NCBI GenBank assembly: GCA_965261545.1 | Contig: CBDHDF010000002.1 | Span: 130,417-194,416 of the forward strand | Source: Bdellovibrionales bacterium | GTDB taxonomy: Bacteria > Bdellovibrionota > Bdellovibrionia > Bdellovibrionales > UBA1609 | Direction of reading: 5' to 3' | DNA length: 64,000 bases | In this document: one piece after another, positions 56,808-64,000 of the stretch | Position numbering within the stretch: the first letter of the stretch is position 1 | Layout of the letters: each line of letters starts with the position of its first letter | Position numbers and translations under genes: made by a program | Notes under the pieces: generated by a model | Database searches by the model: none | Told to the model about the DNA's origin: nothing | What the model saw: the letters and a program-made list of their open reading frames with translations, nothing else

Positions 56808-57936
56808 TTACTGCGGCCTCTTTGGGCCAGCTTGGGATTTTAAATAGGCTTGAATAAAGCCCTCAAGTTTACCGTCGAGAACATCAGAGGGTTGACTTGA
56901 TTCAAAGTTGGTACGATGGTCTTTCACCATTTGATAGGGGTGAAGGACGTAGGAACGAATTTGACTTCCCCATTCATTGGCCATTTTTTGTGCATTCATC
57001 TTGTCTTTTTCAGCTTGCTTTTTCTCCACTTCTTTTTGATACAAAGCCGCGTTGAGCATCTTTAAAGCCTTATCTTTATTGGCGTGCTGGCTTCTCTGGC
57101 TTTGACACTGCACAACAATTCCCGTGGGTTCATGGGTGATACGAATGGCCGAATCCGTCTTGTTGATATGCTGCCCTCCCGCACCACTGGCCCGGTAGGT
57201 GTCCACTCGAAGATCCTCGCTCTTCACTTCAACTTCAATGTCTTCAGACACCTCTGGCCAGGCAAAAACAGAGGCAAAGCTTGTATGTCTTCGTGCATTG
57301 GAATCAAAAGGACTTATTCGCACCAAGCGGTGCACTCCCGATTCAGCCTTTAAATGACCATAAGCAAAGGGGCCCTCAAACAAAAGGGTTGCCGATTTGA
57401 TACCTGCCTCCTCTCCATCTGTTATGGAAAGAATATCGACCTTAAAGCCCTGGCGCTCCCCAAATCGCACCAACATTCTCATGAGAATCTGAGCCCAATC
57501 ACAGGCTTCGGTGCCCCCGGCTCCTGAGTTAATGGAAAGGTAACTTGAATGAAAGTCCTTTTCTTGGGAAAGCAAACTTTTGATCTCAAGCTCATCAATG
57601 AGGCTTGCAATACTACCAATCTCACCTTTGAGTTTGGTAAATTCGTCTTCATCCCCCTCTTCCACCAACATCTCCAACATCATAAGGGCATCATCTGTGC
57701 GAGAGCGAAGGGCTTTCCAGTCCACAATGGCCCTGTCAAGAGCATTGCGTTCTTTATTAATGCGCTGCATTTCACGGTGGTCATTCCAGATATCAGGGTT
57801 TTGACAGAGGTTTTCCAACTCCTCTAGGCGCTTGGTCTTAACATCAATATCAAAGATACCTCCGAAGGCGAAGGATTTTTTCATCGAGATTACTGAGTTG
57901 TGAACCAACGGTGGTGGCTTCAGCTTCAATAGACAT
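56808..57936 (-). CDS. prfB: Peptide chain release factor 2, expressed through a programmed +1 frameshift
   Basis: Frame 0 runs from the ATG at 57936 (MSIEAEATTVGSQLSNLDEKILRLRRYL) to an in-frame TGA at 57852-57850. The +1 frame continues DIDVKTKRLEELE... to 56808. The protein carries SPF (RISPFDS) and GGQ (GAGGQHINK). Confidence 0.92.
57850..57863 (-). promoter_or_regulatory. RF2 autoregulatory +1 frameshift site
   Basis: The minus strand reads ggagg tat ctt tga t. An internal Shine-Dalgarno-like GGAGG lies 3 nt before the slippery CTT and the TGA stop, as in the classical prfB site. Confidence 0.9.
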
Positions 57937-58028
57937 CTTAGAAAACAGGGTATATGACCCTGCCACTCTATGCAAACATTTCCATGGAGTTACGGTCATT
58001 TCCAGAGGAAGAGTGACACTCATTGTCT

Positions 58029-59042
58029 TTAAGAATTGATCCTCAATTTAGAAAGAGGGTGATGGGCTTCAATTTCTTTAAGAGCCTTGGTCATGTTCAC
58101 ATGGGTGTAAATTTGCGTTGTCTGAATACTTGAATGCCCAAGAAGCATTTGGATGGATCTTAAATCCGCTCCTCCCTCTAATAAGGCTGTGGCAAAGCCA
58201 TGGCGAAATCGGTGGGGATAAACCGTTTTCTTAAATTGAGCCTTCTGAGACCAAGTGGCAAGCCATCTCCAAATATCCACCCGGCTGGGACGCTTTCCAC
58301 GATCATTAATTAAAATAGAGAAGGTTGCCCCCTCCCTCTCTTTCATTAAATGCCCTCTCACATGGGATAAGTAGTCTTTGAGTTCACACTGAAGAGTATC
58401 TGTTAGGGGCACAAGACGCTCCTTTTGTCCCTTACCCACCACACTTAACCATCCGCCTGTTTCACTGAAATCTTGAAGATCCAAACCAATAAGTTCACTC
58501 ACTCGACAACCTAAACCATAGAGTAGCAACAAAGTGACTTGATTGCGCCCCGTACGATAAAGACTCTCCACTTCACAGGATTTATAAAGTTTTTCAAAAT
58601 CAGCCATATTCAGTGGCCTTGGCAGACCCACTCGCACCTTGGGGAGGCGAAGCTCTCTTAATTCATGGGCCTTATCTCCCCGGACCTCACAAAAATGAAA
58701 ATAAGTTCGTAGGCTACTAACCACACGGGCCTGGGACCTCTGGCTTAAACCCCTTTGGGACATAAAACTATAAAATCTTGATATCTCCTTGGAGTGCTTT
58801 AAAAACTCCTCATAAAGCTCAAGATCACGACGATAGGCCATGACTGTATGACGTGATCGACCACGAACATTTTGCAAGTCTTCAAAGAATTCAACCCATC
58901 GCTCAAGCTTTGAGTGATGAGATGGACCGCTTGAACCATGCCTGGCACTCTGGCCAACGAGGCCACGCTGACCACTTCGTTCGCTTTTGGCACTTTCTCC
59001 TCTTTTACTATTTTTACAAGTCAACAGTCCCCCTGTATTCAT
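58029..59042 (-). CDS. Tyrosine recombinase of the XerC/XerD type
   Basis: N-terminal SAM-like domain (...RSRHTVMAYRRDLELYEEFL...). The C-terminal catalytic region reads HRFRHGFATALLEGGADLRSIQMLLGHSSIQTTQIYTHV. The start is uncertain: every in-frame ATG (59042-59090) overlaps the end of the upstream acyl-CoA dehydrogenase gene. Confidence 0.8.
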   Translation of the reverse strand: MNTGGLLTCKNSKRGESAKSERSGQRGLVGQSARHGSSGPSHHSKLERWVEFFEDLQNVRGRSRHTVMAYRRDLELYEEFLKHSKEISRFYSFMSQRGLSQRSQARVVSSLRTYFHFCEVRGDKAHELRELRLPKVRVGLPRPLNMADFEKLYKSCEVESLYRTGRNQVTLLLLYGLGCRVSELIGLDLQDFSETGGWLSVVGKGQKERLVPLTDTLQCELKDYLSHVRGHLMKEREGATFSILINDRGKRPSRVDIWRWLATWSQKAQFKKTVYPHRFRHGFATALLEGGADLRSIQMLLGHSSIQTTQIYTHVNMTKALKEIEAHHPLSKLRINS

Positions 59043-61470
59043 CTTCACTAAAATCATCCACTTGAATAGCATCCCAACGAAGATCTGCACTTTCTTTAAT
59101 CATCTCGGCCTCCTCGTGGGAAATAATATTCTTTTCCAAAGCCTCCTCCACAACAAAAATAACCCTTTTTGCTTTCGGAAGCTGTTTTTTTCGGATCGCC
59201 CTTCGTACCTTGCGCTCAGCTCCCTCGGCCTTTTTAATAAAGGCAAAAGCTTTTTCCAAGCGAGCCAAGGATTTCTTTTCATCCCTAGGGAAATAAACCC
59301 CATGGGTGAGACGGTCACGAGCTTGACTGGGAGTCTGAATCAATTGAGCCACACTTTGGGAAAGTTCATCACTGGGTGGAGCCATCACCACATTCAAGAA
59401 AGACCACCAACGAATGGGACCTTTAAAAAACCAACCCACCACAGGCACATTAAAATTGGCTAAAATACCATCAAAGGATTTTTGAATTTCACTGAAGGCC
59501 ATTTGCATAGAATAATGAAAAAATGGACGATCTTCAGGACGACAGCCTTCCTCTTTAAATTTCTTTAAAATCGCCACGGCGGCATACATCCACATAAGAA
59601 TATCTGCATATCGTCCTGTTAATTTTTCCTTGGTCTTAAGCTTCCCCCCCAGGGTGACCATGGCAATGTCTGCCATAATGGCATATGCAGAAGACATCCA
59701 GGAGAGCTTTTGAAAATATCTCCCCGTACCCTCACCATATCCAGGGGATGCAAAACAACCCCTTGTCACACTTAAAACAATGCAACGAAATAAATTACGG
59801 TGAATATGACCAATATGACCCCAAAAAGCCCTATCAAAAGCTTTTAAATCCCCCTCCTCCACAGCCTTCATCTCCTTAAAGGCATAGGGGTGAGCCTTTA
59901 AGGCTCCTTGTCCAAAAATCATGAGAGTTCTCGTTAGAATATTGGCTCCCTCCACAGTGATCCCCACGGGAGCAATAAAGTAAACGGGAGCCACCAAATT
60001 ACGAGGCCCTAATGAAATACCAGCTCCTCCCATAATATCCAAGGCTTCATTGACGGAAGATCGCAGTAACTCTGTGCTCATATACTTGGTCATCGCTGTC
60101 ACCACAGGGGGTTTGATTCCCTGTTGGATAGCTCCAATGGTATAAAGACGTAGGGCTTCTTGCAAATAAGCTTTTCCTCCAATTCTAGCTAATGGTTCTT
60201 CCACCCCCTCAAAGCGACCAATAGCCACCCCAAATTGCTTTCGAATACTGGCATGATTGGAAGTGACACGGGCGAGAAGTTTTATGCCCCCCGTGGATAA
60301 AGCCGGCAAAGAAATTCCTCGCCCTACACCGAGACACTCCATGAGCATTCTCCAACCATCTCCTGCTTTATCCAAGCCACCGATGATGCTATCTTCGGCC
60401 TTCACAATAACATCATGCCCTTCAATGGGGCAGTTATAAAAGGGACATCCTAAGGGATCATGACGACGCCCAAGAATAACACCCTTGGTGTTTGAGGGAA
60501 TAAGACCACAGGTGATGCCTAGGTTCTCTTCCCCCCGGCCTAATAGATTGTCGGGGTCTCTCAATTTAAAAGCTAGACCCACCACAGTGGAAATAGCCGC
60601 CAAAGTAATCCAGCGCTTACGCCAGTTGATCCGCATATAAATCTCACCATCTTTGCCCCGAAATAAAACAGCTTCAGAACGAATGGCACTGGCATCACTG
60701 CCTGCCTGTGGCTCTGTGAGGCCAAAACATGGCATCTCTTCCCCCGTGGCGAGCCGAGGGAGGTAATGCTTCTTTTGAGATTCTGTTCCAAATTCCATAA
60801 GAAGTTCCGCCGGCCCCAAGGAGTTAGGCACCATAACAGTCACAGCTAAACTAGAAGACTGGGTACCTAATCTAAGAATGACTTCGCTATGGACATAGGC
60901 AGAAAAGCCAAGCCCACCATACTTTTTGGGAATAATCATTCCAAAAAAACCATGGCTTTTTAACTTTTCCATCACTTCGTCAGAGAGAGCACGATTTTTC
61001 CAAAATACCCAATCATTGATCAACTCACAAACCTCAACCACAGGACCATCGAGAAAAGCTTGCTCCTCCTCGGTAAACTTTGGATAGGGAGCTTCCATGA
61101 GCTTAGTAAAGTCTGGTTTGCCTGAAAATAATTCGGACTCGGCCCCGACCACCCCTGCCTCCAAGGCCACCCTTTCTGTTGTTGAAATTCTTGGTAAAAT
61201 GGATTTCATCACTTTCATCACAATTTTTGTAATAAAAATTTGCCTCACTGGAGGCAGGGATAGTGTCACTCCTGCCATTAAAAATATCACGATCACAACG
61301 AGGGGAATTCCCAAAACCCCAAGACCAATGGCAAACAAAACCACCCAAACAAAAAAGGGAAGCCCCATATAACCGCAGGTCAACACAGTAGCCCCAGCAA
61401 GGGTGATAAAAATCCCCACAGCCAATGGATCGCTCCAGGATAGCTCATAAAGAGGGCTCCATATATTCAC
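59014..61470 (-). CDS. fadE: Large FadE-type acyl-CoA dehydrogenase
   Basis: 818 aa with N-terminal TM helices and the ACAD motif GLTEPQAGSDASAIRSEAV. The length matches the ~814-aa FadE class. Confidence 0.8.
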   Translation of the reverse strand: MNIWSPLYELSWSDPLAVGIFITLAGATVLTCGYMGLPFFVWVVLFAIGLGVLGIPLVVIVIFLMAGVTLSLPPVRQIFITKIVMKVMKSILPRISTTERVALEAGVVGAESELFSGKPDFTKLMEAPYPKFTEEEQAFLDGPVVEVCELINDWVFWKNRALSDEVMEKLKSHGFFGMIIPKKYGGLGFSAYVHSEVILRLGTQSSSLAVTVMVPNSLGPAELLMEFGTESQKKHYLPRLATGEEMPCFGLTEPQAGSDASAIRSEAVLFRGKDGEIYMRINWRKRWITLAAISTVVGLAFKLRDPDNLLGRGEENLGITCGLIPSNTKGVILGRRHDPLGCPFYNCPIEGHDVIVKAEDSIIGGLDKAGDGWRMLMECLGVGRGISLPALSTGGIKLLARVTSNHASIRKQFGVAIGRFEGVEEPLARIGGKAYLQEALRLYTIGAIQQGIKPPVVTAMTKYMSTELLRSSVNEALDIMGGAGISLGPRNLVAPVYFIAPVGITVEGANILTRTLMIFGQGALKAHPYAFKEMKAVEEGDLKAFDRAFWGHIGHIHRNLFRCIVLSVTRGCFASPGYGEGTGRYFQKLSWMSSAYAIMADIAMVTLGGKLKTKEKLTGRYADILMWMYAAVAILKKFKEEGCRPEDRPFFHYSMQMAFSEIQKSFDGILANFNVPVVGWFFKGPIRWWSFLNVVMAPPSDELSQSVAQLIQTPSQARDRLTHGVYFPRDEKKSLARLEKAFAFIKKAEGAERKVRRAIRKKQLPKAKRVIFVVEEALEKNIISHEEAEMIKESADLRWDAIQVDDFSEDEYRGTVDL

Positions 61471-61618
61471 AGAAATCTCCTTCGTGATATATAGGTAGGT
61501 AATAACAAGCTTATAATAGTCATCTTATAAAAGTAAGCATTTAGCTAACAGGTAAAGTAAGTATTCAACGTAAATAACCCTAGAGTAGCATAAACATCTT
61601 TAAGAAGGGAGTTTTTTG

Positions 61619-62854
61619 TTATAATGTGAGAAGTACAGGCAATCTTATGTTACAAAAATGAATTGTCACGCGTTGCTGAATTTTTAATTCCTCACCTTTG
61701 TTTTGGCCAGAATTGAATTGAACAAGTAAACTCTCCCCTGACTTAAGGGAGTAAACCTCAACAAGTTGATAGGCTCCATAGTTCTGGATATTTTTAACAT
61801 AAAAGTCTCCCCTTTTTTTCCCTTGAGGTGCCTTCTCAATTTGAACTTGCTCGGGGCGAATAAAAATTTTATTTTTCTCCAGTTCTTCCTGCGGCTCTCG
61901 CTCTTCCAACCCCTGCTCCCGTTCTTCCCATTTCTCCACCCAATGAATGGGCCCAAACTGAGTCTCTCCTCCATAAGGGCCACAACAACGAATATGAATC
62001 CAACTCCCACGGCCCACAAGAGAAGCCACTTCAGGTGTTTGAGGATACTGATACAGCTCATTCACCTTAGACCACTGGGGCAAATGCCCCTCCACAAGAA
62101 CTCCACCTTCATCAGCCCACTGAAAAAACTCCTCTTGAGAATGGGTCACAAACAAAATTGTTTGCCTCAACTCCTTCATAATTTTTTTTAGATCCACAAG
62201 AAGCTGCCTCTTGAGAACTCCATCGAGGTTGGAAAATGGCTCGTCCATAAGAAGGATATCGGGCTTTGGAGCTATCGAACGGGCCAATGCCACCCTCTGC
62301 CTCTGCCCTCCTGAAAGCTCATGGGGAAATTTCCTCCCCAAAGAAGCCAAATCAAAAAGATCCAATATCTCCAAAATCCTTCGTTTTTTTTGACTGGAAC
62401 TCCATTCACTTAAACCAAAGTCAATATTTCTCTCCACATTTATATGGGGAAACAAAGCCAAATCCTGAAAGACAAATCCAATGCCTCTTTTATGAATAGA
62501 TGAAGGTGCGACCACTCCCCTGAGACAAATCTTTCCACAAAAATCCAGGTGGAATCCTGAAATACAGCGTAGTAATGTTGTCTTACCACAACCACTCGCC
62601 CCTAAAAGGCCAGCAATCACACCCCTGTGCAAACTCAAATTCACACCTTTTAAAACCTCGACCTCACCAAAGGATACAGAAAGGTCCTGAACCTTCAGTA
62701 TGGGTTCAGTCTCTGATATAGGACTTGATATAGAGTCCGATAGTGACTTAGTCTCTGATATAGGACCTGATAGTGACTTAGTGTCTAGCATGGCTTCTCC
62801 CATAGAAGTTAAAGTAGAAATTGAAAGTACGAAGATAAAATAGAAGTGAACCAA
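61619..62854 (-). CDS. ABC importer ATP-binding protein (FbpC/PotA-like, iron(III)-type)
   Basis: Walker A GASGCGKTT, signature LSGGQRQRVALARSI and Walker B LLMDEPFS. A C-terminal regulatory/OB-like extension carries an acidic insert. The start is uncertain (Met at 62854, 62803 or 62791). Confidence 0.8.
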   Translation of the reverse strand: MVHFYFIFVLSISTLTSMGEAMLDTKSLSGPISETKSLSDSISSPISETEPILKVQDLSVSFGEVEVLKGVNLSLHRGVIAGLLGASGCGKTTLLRCISGFHLDFCGKICLRGVVAPSSIHKRGIGFVFQDLALFPHINVERNIDFGLSEWSSSQKKRRILEILDLFDLASLGRKFPHELSGGQRQRVALARSIAPKPDILLMDEPFSNLDGVLKRQLLVDLKKIMKELRQTILFVTHSQEEFFQWADEGGVLVEGHLPQWSKVNELYQYPQTPEVASLVGRGSWIHIRCCGPYGGETQFGPIHWVEKWEEREQGLEEREPQEELEKNKIFIRPEQVQIEKAPQGKKRGDFYVKNIQNYGAYQLVEVYSLKSGESLLVQFNSGQNKGEELKIQQRVTIHFCNIRLPVLLTL

Positions 62855-62875
62855 TGAAAGCTAAAACCTTGGAAA

Positions 62876-64000
62876 TCAAAGCCTCGTAGTCTGTATCCAC
62901 CAAGAAGCCACCATTCCCAATAGAGCCATCATAAGGGCCGGCAGGGCCGCTCCCTCCCAATTTCCCTCTGAGGTAAACTCAAATATCTTCACGGCAAGAG
63001 TGTTCCAACCAAAGGGCCTTAACATCAAAGTCAAGGGCATCTCTTTGACAATTTCAATAAAAATGAGAAGGCCACTAACAAGCCAAGCCTTGTGCACGAG
63101 GGGAAAGTGGAGTCTCCAAAGACGACGAACCCCTGACTTCTCCAAAAGAACCGCTGATTCATCGAGAGCTGGAGACAAGCGCTGAAAGGCCGAAGATAGC
63201 TGCCCCACACCAAGGGCTTGAAAGCGAATGGTGTAGGCCAATAATAAGAGAGAAAAACTCCAAAAAATGGATGATTGCCCAGAGGGCCATAGGTAAATGG
63301 AAAGTCCTAAAACGCCCACAGCAAGCACCGTTCCCGGCAAAGTGTAACCCAAATAAAAAATGCCCTCACTCCAACGACATAGTCTATGATTTTTGTTTAC
63401 ACGCAAGCCATAGCTTAAGAAAAAACTTAAGATGGAAATAAACAAAGCTCCCAAGAAACCTAAAGCAAAACTATGCTGAACATATCCTAGGAAATTCCAC
63501 CCATTTTCAATGCTGAAAGAAATGGTCCAATAAATCAATTGGAAAAGAGGTATAAACAGAGCCACTCCAAGAAGGAGACCGAAGAAGATGTATATAAAAA
63601 TCTGGCCCCACCAGGGAACTTTTTGGCGACCGTCTCCATGATTTTGGTCCGAAATATACTCTCGACCCTGAAGACGATGGAACCTCAAAATCTTGACGAT
63701 AAGAACAAAGATCAAAAGAAAGCTTGCCAACTGTGAAGCTCCCCTCCACGACTGCATTCCAAACCATACTTTATAAATAGATGTGGATAGTGTCTCGTAG
63801 TTGAACATAGATACAGCCCCAAAGTCTGCAACAACTTCCATGGCTACAAGAGCCAGCCCACTAAAAATCCAAGGGCTGCAAAAAAGCCACTCCACACTCA
63901 CAAAAGAAGACCACTTGGATCGCCCCAAACTTTGAGCCACCTCTCTCCAGCGACGGCCTTGGGTTGAAAAGGCGCTCAAAGAAAAAAGATAAACATAGGG
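62876..64000 (-). CDS. ABC importer permease (FbpB-like), 5'-truncated by the window edge
   Basis: Polytopic membrane protein with an EAA-like loop (...LSPALDESAVLLEKSGVRRLWRLHFPLV...). The reading frame stays open to position 64000, so the gene continues beyond the window. Confidence 0.75.
   Translation of the reverse strand, partial: PYVYLFSLSAFSTQGRRWREVAQSLGRSKWSSFVSVEWLFCSPWIFSGLALVAMEVVADFGAVSMFNYETLSTSIYKVWFGMQSWRGASQLASFLLIFVLIVKILRFHRLQGREYISDQNHGDGRQKVPWWGQIFIYIFFGLLLGVALFIPLFQLIYWTISFSIENGWNFLGYVQHSFALGFLGALFISILSFFLSYGLRVNKNHRLCRWSEGIFYLGYTLPGTVLAVGVLGLSIYLWPSGQSSIFWSFSLLLLAYTIRFQALGVGQLSSAFQRLSPALDESAVLLEKSGVRRLWRLHFPLVHKAWLVSGLLIFIEIVKEMPLTLMLRPFGWNTLAVKIFEFTSEGNWEGAALPALMMALLGMVASWWIQTTRL

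Noticed and set aside
58029-59090. The tyrosine recombinase considered as a marker of an integrated element or island boundary
   Set aside because: Its sequence looks like a housekeeping XerC/XerD. It sits among core genes (prfB, fadE) with no adjacent tRNA, att-like repeats or phage genes.

Overview
This is a 64-kb window of a diderm (Gram-negative-type) bacterial chromosome. The taxon cannot be fixed by eye; a Bdellovibrionota/Oligoflexia-like or other host- or prey-associated lineage is only a guess. The right 24 kb (40-64 kb) is ordinary core genome: mgtE, greA, hisS, lolC-lolD, prfB with its classical programmed +1 frameshift, a Xer-type recombinase, a FadE-like acyl-CoA dehydrogenase, an iron-type ABC importer, a LysM protein, a CpoB/YbgF-like TPR protein and a comEC split over three frames. 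The left 40 kb looks accessory and carries three unusual blocks. (i) 1.4-14 kb is a very AT-rich four-gene minus-strand operon. It encodes a 1346-aa lipoprotein with a metzincin motif, two paralogous orphan lipoproteins of about 1250-1290 aa, and a small outer-membrane beta-barrel nested between them. (ii) 16-29 kb holds three tandem paralogous giant lipoproteins built from 14, 7 and 4 fibronectin-III modules. Each is followed by a conserved C-terminal cassette of about 450 aa ending in a metazoan-type SRCR (scavenger receptor cysteine-rich) domain. (iii) 28956-38345 is an apparently sequence-identical 3 x 3130-bp head-to-tail amplification. It triplicates a vWA/thrombospondin-type-3-repeat lipoprotein gene together with the 3' 1.25 kb of ileS; only the last ileS copy is complete. 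I recognised no rRNA, tRNA, CRISPR array, transposase or phage gene. All domain calls come from motifs read by eye in the supplied translations, not from database searches.
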